Program-made: the position numbers and the translations under genes
Notes under the pieces: model-generated
The model's database searches: none
What the model was told of the DNA's origin: nothing
The model's input: only the letters and a program-made list of their open reading frames with translations
In this document: piece after piece, positions 57,325 through 64,000 of the stretch
Layout of the letters: every line of letters begins with the position of its first letter
Numbering within the stretch: the first letter of the stretch is position 1
Source of the DNA: Candidatus Woesearchaeota archaeon
GTDB lineage: Archaea; Nanobdellota; Nanobdellia; Woesearchaeales; UBA10216
NCBI GenBank assembly: GCA_016188155.1
Contig: JACPIH010000002.1
Coordinates: forward strand, 68,655-132,654
Length of the DNA: 64,000 nucleotides
Direction of reading: 5' to 3'

Positions 57325-58864
57325 CCTGGCTGTTAAAAGACTCGTTAACAAAGAGGTAGTAGCTTATCCCGCCTTCATATGTCTCGTTGAACAGCAGCTT
57401 ATACGAGGAGTTTATGGTCGTGAACAACTCTTCCTTATCAGAATAGCATTCCAAATCGCCGTAAGGGCAAAAGAAATTCTCAGGCGAATAAATCACTGCC
57501 TCAAATGGCTTATTCCTCTCCCAATCGTTTGATGGCTTTGGCTCTTTCGGGATGCCTATTGAAGAGTCATAGTAGTGGAAGAAGCGGTTGTCATTGTAAG
57601 CTGCAAAAACAGGATCAGATGTGAGTACCGGACCCGAGATTCCAAACCTGGAGAGAGAGCCGTAAAGCCCGTCAGCTGCGGCTTTGCCGGAATCGCTGTT
57701 CCACAGGTAAAAATGGTAATCCACAAATGCGGCAACAGCAAATGACAGAAGCAGCAGGGAAAAGGCAGCAACCAGTGCAAACCGGCAGGCTAACCGGTAA
57801 GCCGTTGCTGAGCGTGATGCGGCAATGAAACCGAAAAGGTAATTCGCAGACTCGAAAAAAGCAGCCGCTGCAAAAATGCATATTACGGGCAGGAAAATAA
57901 GCAGGAAGCGCTCATCCTTGTTTGGAATATAGGAGAAGTGAATGAGAAAGACTGCAAGAACCGTGCCAAGCAGCAGCTTCCTGCTGTCGGCGAACCACCT
58001 GTTCTTCCAAAAGAAAAATGCCGCAACAAGGGCAAACACAAAGGCAAAATGCTGCCTGAATGCCTGAATGAGGTAAAAGGCATAGTTGGAAACCAGCCCT
58101 TCTATTGCCTTTGCAGGGTTAAACTGGTGCCAGGAGGCAAGCACGAAAGGGCGGAAAGCTGCAGCAAGGTAGCTGGTTGCGTATTGCCTGTAAGAAAGCC
58201 AGTTGGCAAAAAGAAAAGGAAAAACGGGAATGGCGAATGACGCGGCAACCTTAAGCAACGGCTTGATTAAGGATGCCAAGGACACAAAGTTTCCTTTCCT
58301 GGATTTCTCTGCAAGGTAATGAATCACCATTGTTGCCGCTATCGCCGCAAGAATGAGGCCGCTTGTAAACTTGAAAAGCAAGGCAATGGCTGCTGCCACG
58401 CCACAAAGGAAGTATCTCCTGCTAATGAAAAAATAAATTGAGGCCAGCACAAAAAAAGCCGAGGGAATGTCTGAAAGAGCAAAAGAGGAGTAGCGAAAAA
58501 ACACCGGTGCTGAAGCCAGAAGCGCTGCCGAAAGTAAAGCAGCCCCTTTCCCAAAAACCTTGTTCGCAATGGCGAAAGTCAGCAGGATGCTGCCAATGCC
58601 AAACAAAACCGAAATGACCTTGGAAAAAAGCACAAAAGGAAGCCCAGCCTTCCAGACCCAGCCAATAAGCAAAGGAAGCCCTGGAGGCCTTATCATCTCC
58701 CACAAGCCTGAACCACCAAGGGAGTAAAGGTACTTGCCAATGCCAAGATAGACTGCCTCATCCCAGAAAAGCTGCCGCTGGCCCAATATAAAAGGCAGCT
58801 GAAGCAGCGCAAACAATATTGCAATTGCAAATAGCATCTTATGATGAATTGAGGGCTTCAGCAT
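57311..58864 (-). CDS. GT39/ArnT-like GT-C membrane glycosyltransferase
   Basis: WDEAVY, RPPGLP, LSDIP, KFT and KDERFLL; many TM segments. Confidence 0.85.
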   Translation of the reverse strand: MLKPSIHHKMLFAIAILFALLQLPFILGQRQLFWDEAVYLGIGKYLYSLGGSGLWEMIRPPGLPLLIGWVWKAGLPFVLFSKVISVLFGIGSILLTFAIANKVFGKGAALLSAALLASAPVFFRYSSFALSDIPSAFFVLASIYFFISRRYFLCGVAAAIALLFKFTSGLILAAIAATMVIHYLAEKSRKGNFVSLASLIKPLLKVAASFAIPVFPFLFANWLSYRQYATSYLAAAFRPFVLASWHQFNPAKAIEGLVSNYAFYLIQAFRQHFAFVFALVAAFFFWKNRWFADSRKLLLGTVLAVFLIHFSYIPNKDERFLLIFLPVICIFAAAAFFESANYLFGFIAASRSATAYRLACRFALVAAFSLLLLSFAVAAFVDYHFYLWNSDSGKAAADGLYGSLSRFGISGPVLTSDPVFAAYNDNRFFHYYDSSIGIPKEPKPSNDWERNKPFEAVIYSPENFFCPYGDLECYSDKEELFTTINSSYKLLFNETYEGGISYYLFVNESFNSQATSS

Positions 58865-58881
58865 ATCCTGTCAACACCATT

Positions 58882-59226
58882 TCACAGAAGCCTGTAACGC
58901 TTCATGACCAAAAAGAGCAACAGCAGCATTGTAGTCGGCACGAAAATGATTGCATTAGCCAGCAGCGTTTTGGAAACATGCAATACGTTGCTTAGCAAGT
59001 TAATAATGCCAAAGTAGTAGGGAACCAAGCCAAGGACAATCCCGCTTAGGGCAAAAAACCTGCCTGGGCGTTTACCATTTGCATCCCTGATGTCCATCAA
59101 TGCCTTAAAGCCAAAATAGACTGCCCCAAGGCAGATGAAATAATTAAGCAAAGGCATCCAGAAGGATAAGGAGAGGATAAAAGAAAGAACTGCAGTGCCG
59201 CTCCTGGATTTTTGGCCATCAGGCAT
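58882..59226 (-). CDS. Small membrane protein (DUF4190-like)
   Basis: AVLSFILSL..GFKALMDI..GRFFALSGIVLG pattern. Confidence 0.65.
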   Translation of the reverse strand: MPDGQKSRSGTAVLSFILSLSFWMPLLNYFICLGAVYFGFKALMDIRDANGKRPGRFFALSGIVLGLVPYYFGIINLLSNVLHVSKTLLANAIIFVPTTMLLLLFLVMKRYRLL

Positions 59227-59261
59227 TTAACACACCCAACACACATGCCATGCTAACCATG

Positions 59262-60623
59262 CTAATTGCGGCTGTTGCCCTGCTTGTTAAGCAAAAACCA
59301 CTCCATCGGCTTCCCTGCCAAAACCTTGAAGATTCCAACATTAACATAGTAAGTGACGATGAGCCCGTAGCTGACTGACGAAACCAGCATCTGGCCAATC
59401 TTTCTCGCGTTGCCGCTTTTCACCATGGCATACACGCCAGTAAGGAGCAAACCACTAGTCACAAGGATATTCCGCCCTGTCTCAAAAAAGAACCTTGCAA
59501 AGTCCACAGGCTCAGGTTTGTGTGTGATAATGCTGGCAACGCCCAGCAGAAGAACTGCAAGAAGAGCCAAACTGAAAAGATAACCGGAAAAAACGTAGCC
59601 AAGCAGGAACTTGTCCTCTGCAGTAAGCTTTTTGCTTGAGACAAGGTCCTTTAAGTGGACTTTCACTGCAGAAATAACTCCGTAAGCCCAGCGCATCTGC
59701 TGCCTGTATAAATCCCGGGGCCTGAAAGGCACCTCGCTGGCACACTCAAGCTCAGACAGGTACTGTATCCTGTGGCCGTTTTTCAAAAGGCGAAGGGTGT
59801 ACTCAATATCCTCGGTAAGGCTGCCATGCTGCCAGCCTCCCATACCCTCAAGCACGCTCTTCCTGACAGCCTCAGCTGAGCCGCAAAGGATGGACAATCT
59901 TCTCCTCTTGTTGAAAAAAGGAAGGGCAACGTGATGGACAGAAGCCACAATTGCAGCGCCAAGCACAGAAACCATGTTCTGCTCTGCATTGAAAAACTTC
60001 CAGCGCGCCTGCACTCCGGCTATATTTTGGTCGTGAACCATTGGAGCGATGATGCGCCTGAGGAAATCAGGCTTGGGGATGAAATCAGAGTCAAACAGCA
60101 CAAGAAACTCGCCCTTTGAATGGGGAAGCATGTTGTTAAGGTTGCCAGCCTTATAACCTGAGTTGCTTTGCCTTTTCAGGACCTTAACCATTGCACTGTT
60201 CTCAGCAGCAAAAGCTGCTATCCTGCCTGAAAAAACAGGATTATCACTGTCATCGCCTATCAGAATCTCATACTTGTCCTTGGGGTAATCAAAAGCCAGG
60301 CAATGCTCAGCGCACCTTAGGGCGGCAAGCTCGTTCCTTGTAGGAATCTGCACTGTAACAAGGGGAAGCTCAGAACCAGAAAGTGGCTTCTCAAGATAAG
60401 GCTCCTTTTTCCTGAACATAACATATAAGGTGGCGATTATGTAGACTAAAGAAACAAGGCTTAGAAGGAACAGCGCTGCATAGAAGAGATTCTGGAAGAT
60501 TACGTGCATAAAGTCAAGGAAGGGCCTGCCAAGCTCATTGTACTTCTGGAAGAAAAAATCGCCTTTCTCAGCCAAACCGTTCACTAGTGCTTGCGGTACA
60601 ATGCTCATGCCCATTTTGGTCAC
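59262..60623 (-). CDS. Processive GT2 (cellulose-synthase-like/CslA-type)
   Basis: VTVQIP, DDS, GYKAGNLN, FDSDF, TED and QQMRW; flanking TM segments. Confidence 0.88.
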   Translation of the reverse strand: MTKMGMSIVPQALVNGLAEKGDFFFQKYNELGRPFLDFMHVIFQNLFYAALFLLSLVSLVYIIATLYVMFRKKEPYLEKPLSGSELPLVTVQIPTRNELAALRCAEHCLAFDYPKDKYEILIGDDSDNPVFSGRIAAFAAENSAMVKVLKRQSNSGYKAGNLNNMLPHSKGEFLVLFDSDFIPKPDFLRRIIAPMVHDQNIAGVQARWKFFNAEQNMVSVLGAAIVASVHHVALPFFNKRRRLSILCGSAEAVRKSVLEGMGGWQHGSLTEDIEYTLRLLKNGHRIQYLSELECASEVPFRPRDLYRQQMRWAYGVISAVKVHLKDLVSSKKLTAEDKFLLGYVFSGYLFSLALLAVLLLGVASIITHKPEPVDFARFFFETGRNILVTSGLLLTGVYAMVKSGNARKIGQMLVSSVSYGLIVTYYVNVGIFKVLAGKPMEWFLLNKQGNSRN

Positions 60624-61864
60624 TACTTAATGAAAAACCTTGTTCGTAAGCTTCTGAAACGCAGCAAACTTATAAATGTTACCAAATTGATGACTATGGT
60701 GTAAGGGAAATAAAAGAACAGGGCAAAAAGGTTCCTAATGTGCAACTTATCCTTAAAAAGCCTTATACTGGAAAGGATCATGAAGGCGCTGATAAGCCCG
60801 CCCAGAACTCCAAAGAAGCTGTAATAAGAAAGGCCCCACTGCGGAACCTTGTAAACAACATAAGTAGGCCCGGCAAGGCTGAACCACCTGAAAAGGTAGC
60901 CGAAAACGCTTGCGATGCTTTGGGAGTTGTAGGGCAGCCAGTAAAAAACCTGATATATGATCAGGGGAAGGGAGACGAAGGAATAGAAAGACCACCAGAA
61001 CTGGTTAATGTAAAGGAAAAGGACTGAAGGGGAGGACTTAAGCGAGAAAAGCTGCCTGTTCCTGACAAGTGCCTGCAAAGTGCCAAGCCACCACCTGCTC
61101 CTCTGGCTGTAAAAGCCCAAGATAGTATCGGGCACAATGGTGAATGAAACAGCATCCTTAACGCTATAAGTCCTGTAGCCCTCTTTTCTAAGCTCAAGGA
61201 CAATATCCATGTCCTCGGCAAGGGTGTGAGGCTTAAAATAGCCAACCTTGGCAAGGGCTGCCTTGCGGTAACAGGCCAAAGCGCCAAAAAACCAGATGCC
61301 GTTGTTGAACACAACGGAAAAGCTGTTCTTAATCAGGTTATTATAGTGGTACTCGATGTTCTGAAACATGCCAAGAAGCGATGAGCGGTTTTTCACCTTG
61401 CACATTCCGGTAACAGCGCCAATGTACTGGTCAGTAAGGGGCTTAATAAGATGCCTGATGCATTCCTTCTCCAAAAAAGTATCGGCATCAATTGTAAGCA
61501 CAAAGCCATGCCTTGCGGCCTTTGCCCCGACAGTAAGGGCAACTGCTTTCCCGCTGTGCGGCGCCGAAACGCACTTCACAGACTTGTATGATTTGGCAAT
61601 TTTCACTGTGGAATCTGTTGAGCCGTCATCAACAACAATGACCTCAATCTTGTCCGGAGCATAGTCGCTGGCGAAAACAGAATCAAGGCATGCCGCAATG
61701 TTCTTTTCCTCATTAAAAGCAGGGATAACAACGCTAATGCCGGGCTCAAAATCAGGAAAACTCCTCCTGACAAACAAGGAAACAGCGTAAACTACAAAAA
61801 CGAACATAAGGAAAACGAACAAAACAAAAAACATCACTCCGCCAGCAACCATTACAACATCCAT
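60623..61864 (-). CDS. Processive GT2 (IcaA/PgaC/NodC-like)
   Basis: PAFNEE, DDGSTD, GKA, DADT, AED and QRSRW; C-terminal TM segments. Confidence 0.88.
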   Translation of the reverse strand: MDVVMVAGGVMFFVLFVFLMFVFVVYAVSLFVRRSFPDFEPGISVVIPAFNEEKNIAACLDSVFASDYAPDKIEVIVVDDGSTDSTVKIAKSYKSVKCVSAPHSGKAVALTVGAKAARHGFVLTIDADTFLEKECIRHLIKPLTDQYIGAVTGMCKVKNRSSLLGMFQNIEYHYNNLIKNSFSVVFNNGIWFFGALACYRKAALAKVGYFKPHTLAEDMDIVLELRKEGYRTYSVKDAVSFTIVPDTILGFYSQRSRWWLGTLQALVRNRQLFSLKSSPSVLFLYINQFWWSFYSFVSLPLIIYQVFYWLPYNSQSIASVFGYLFRWFSLAGPTYVVYKVPQWGLSYYSFFGVLGGLISAFMILSSIRLFKDKLHIRNLFALFFYFPYTIVINLVTFISLLRFRSLRTRFFIK

Positions 61865-61914
61865 GCACTCTTTAAGCGCTGGGGGCTACTTAAACTTTTG
61901 CATGAACACGGGAC

Positions 61915-62880
61915 TCACCTGGAAAAGGACACCAGCTCAAGCTCTTGGCTGCCAAGCCAGAATTTCCTGAGCACTTTTGGCTTGAACTTGTAATTTGAAG
62001 CTGCAGCGGCAACATTATTCCAGCCTTTCTTAAGCAGCAGCACCACCTCACCACTGTCTTTGAGGAAGAGATCAGCCTGGTAGAAAAAATTCTTGTACAT
62101 TTTCTGCAGCTTTTCATTTTCAGCAACTGCAAAATCGTCATTGCCACCCCTGAATTGCGGAGGGTAGCTCACAACCAAATCAACAGACTGCTCATCAAGC
62201 TTTGCATCAAGCCACTCAATGTCCAGGCGGCTGAACCTTATGAGCTTGTTGACCCCTGCTATTTTGGCGTTTTTCTCTGCAAAGCGCACGTTCTGCATTG
62301 ACTGCGAAGATGAAAGTATTTGCGGTTTTGCTCCTTTAATCCTCCTTTTCGCGGCAGCTGCGGCTTCTTTTTCTGCTGTGGCAAAAAAATCGCTAAAATC
62401 GGATTTTGAAAATGGTTGCTGCTTAGAAAAAGCCGAAGCCAAAGAATCCTTCCGGTAATGGTTGACCGGAAATCCTGAGCTGAAAAGGGCTGCTTCAATT
62501 ACGATTGCCCCAGAACGGGTGAAAGGGTCAAAAAGGAATTCCCTGCCGGTGTAGCCAGAGGCTCTCAACATAAGGTAGGAAAGGCTTCCGCTGATTCCGC
62601 CATTGTCGCCAAAGACTTCGTATTCCCTTTTACTCATTTCAAACGGGTTAATAGGGGCTTTTTGCGGCAAAAGAAAAACAGAATTCGAAGACTGCGACAA
62701 GTAGCAGAGCTTGCACAAGTCAAGCGGGTTCCGGGCTCGGAACTTAACAATGCCTGCTTCAGCTGTTGTTGCTTTTGCGCCGATAAGCTCACTGACCTCT
62801 AAAGCCGCGATGTCCTCAAAGCCAGGATAAGTTACAACTGCAGCTTCAAGCTGGGGCTTCGCTGCCACCATTGCCACCAC
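61915..62880 (-). CDS. RlmL/Trm14-like RNA methyltransferase (divergent)
   Basis: TYPGFEDIAALEV N-terminus; DPFTRSGAIVIEAA (canonical DPxCGSGT); SYPPQ (canonical NPPY). Confidence 0.7.
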   Translation of the reverse strand: MVAMVAAKPQLEAAVVTYPGFEDIAALEVSELIGAKATTAEAGIVKFRARNPLDLCKLCYLSQSSNSVFLLPQKAPINPFEMSKREYEVFGDNGGISGSLSYLMLRASGYTGREFLFDPFTRSGAIVIEAALFSSGFPVNHYRKDSLASAFSKQQPFSKSDFSDFFATAEKEAAAAAKRRIKGAKPQILSSSQSMQNVRFAEKNAKIAGVNKLIRFSRLDIEWLDAKLDEQSVDLVVSYPPQFRGGNDDFAVAENEKLQKMYKNFFYQADLFLKDSGEVVLLLKKGWNNVAAAASNYKFKPKVLRKFWLGSQELELVSFSR

Positions 62881-64000
62881 CGTTAGTGCTGTCCCGGGGA
62901 ACCTTGGCTATTGACACAACCTCATCACCAGCGTCAAGCCTCATAAGCCTTACTCCTTGCGTGTTCCTGCTTATTATGGAGATGTCCTTTGCTGCCATGC
63001 GTATTATGTTTCCCTTGCTGCTGACAACTATCATGTCATCATTATCGGTTGCCGAAGCGATTGCAGCCACAGGGCCATTTCGGTCATTAGCCTGGATGTT
63101 TATGACGCCAGAGCCTCCCCTGGAGATAAGCCTGTAGTCGCTTACCGGGCTGCGCTTTCCATAGCCATTGGCGGTTATTGTGAAAAGTGCCTCCTGCTCG
63201 TTAGCAACGACCATGCCAACAACGGCATCTTTCTCCCTGAGCCTAATTGCCCTAACGCCCTTGGCAGACCTTCCAACAGCTCTGACGTCCTGCTCGTTAA
63301 ACCTGACTGCCAAGCCATTCTTGGTAGCAACGATGAGCTGCTGGTTCCCTGATGTCAAGGCAACAGTGATAAGCTCATCATTATCCTCAAGGGTAATGCC
63401 TATAATGCCGCCCCTCCTCGGATTGGAGTACTCTGAAAGCCCGGTCTTTTTTATGGTGCCGCCCCTTGTAACCATAACGAGGTTGCCAGCGAATTCATTA
63501 ACTGGAATGAATGCGTTAATCTTCTCGTTATCGCGGAGATGCAGCAGGTTAACAATTGCCTTTCCGGAAGCATACCTTGATGCCTCAGGAACCCCATAAA
63601 CCTTCAGCCAGTGAACAATGCCAAGGTTTGTAAAGAAAAGAAGGTAGGAATGCGTGTTGGCAACAAATATGCTTTCAACAAAGTCCCCTTCCCTGGTTGT
63701 TGCAGCAATAACGCCCTTACCCCCCCTTCTCTGCTGCCTGTACGCATCAACTGATATGCGCTTGATATAACCGGCATGGGTTACTGTGACAACAACATCT
63801 TCGGGCTTTATTGTGTCCTCGGCAACAAACTCCTCGCCAGACTCAACAATCTCTGTCCTCCTGCCGTCGCCAAACTTCTGTGAAATCTCGGAGATTTCTG
63901 AAATTATAATCTTAGACACCCTGGACTCTGAAGCCAGGATGCCCCGGTAATCGGCAATGTCCTTAAGCAGCCCAGCATGCTCATCCCTGATGCCCTGCTG
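62846..64000 (-). CDS. gyrA: DNA gyrase subunit A, C-terminal part (runs off the window end)
   Basis: Frame is open to 64000; KFGDGRRT, GyrA-box QRRGGKG and beta-pinwheel repeats (GRSAKGV, SRGGSGV, SRNTQGV). Confidence 0.96.
   Translation of the reverse strand, partial: QQGIRDEHAGLLKDIADYRGILASESRVSKIIISEISEISQKFGDGRRTEIVESGEEFVAEDTIKPEDVVVTVTHAGYIKRISVDAYRQQRRGGKGVIAATTREGDFVESIFVANTHSYLLFFTNLGIVHWLKVYGVPEASRYASGKAIVNLLHLRDNEKINAFIPVNEFAGNLVMVTRGGTIKKTGLSEYSNPRRGGIIGITLEDNDELITVALTSGNQQLIVATKNGLAVRFNEQDVRAVGRSAKGVRAIRLREKDAVVGMVVANEQEALFTITANGYGKRSPVSDYRLISRGGSGVINIQANDRNGPVAAIASATDNDDMIVVSSKGNIIRMAAKDISIISRNTQGVRLMRLDAGDEVVSIAKVPRDSTNGGGNGGSEAPA

Overview
This is an archaeal chromosomal fragment, most likely DPANN/Woesearchaeota-like. 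The evidence is an archaeal-type stand-alone 5S rRNA, aMBF1, AK6/Fap7, an Rqc2 N-half, BRE/TATA promoters and GGTGA-type ribosome-binding sites, plus gyrA at the right edge. About 1-52.5 kb is a very large, strand-mosaic surface-glycan locus. It encodes NDP-sugar epimerases, rmlAB, gmd/rmd, a heptose-type pathway, three TPP-enzyme genes, a radical SAM enzyme, DegT aminotransferases, flippases and GT2/GT4/GT-C transferases. Near its left end a DegT gene is broken and followed by a mostly AT-richer ~11.6 kb island (3.1-14.7 kb). The island has polymorphic-toxin architecture: a 1094-aa secreted Cys-rich/CARDB protein ending in a GHSNG alpha/beta-hydrolase plus a cognate membrane protein, two N-truncated orphan cassettes with mosaic DNA identity, and two large sequon-rich surface proteins. 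From 52.5 to 64 kb are housekeeping and envelope genes. Among them is a gene for an amphipathic-helix/coiled-coil/wHTH protein that carries two phased 11-bp iteron arrays, one inside the gene and one over its stop codon. All calls come from reading motifs by eye; no database searches were run.
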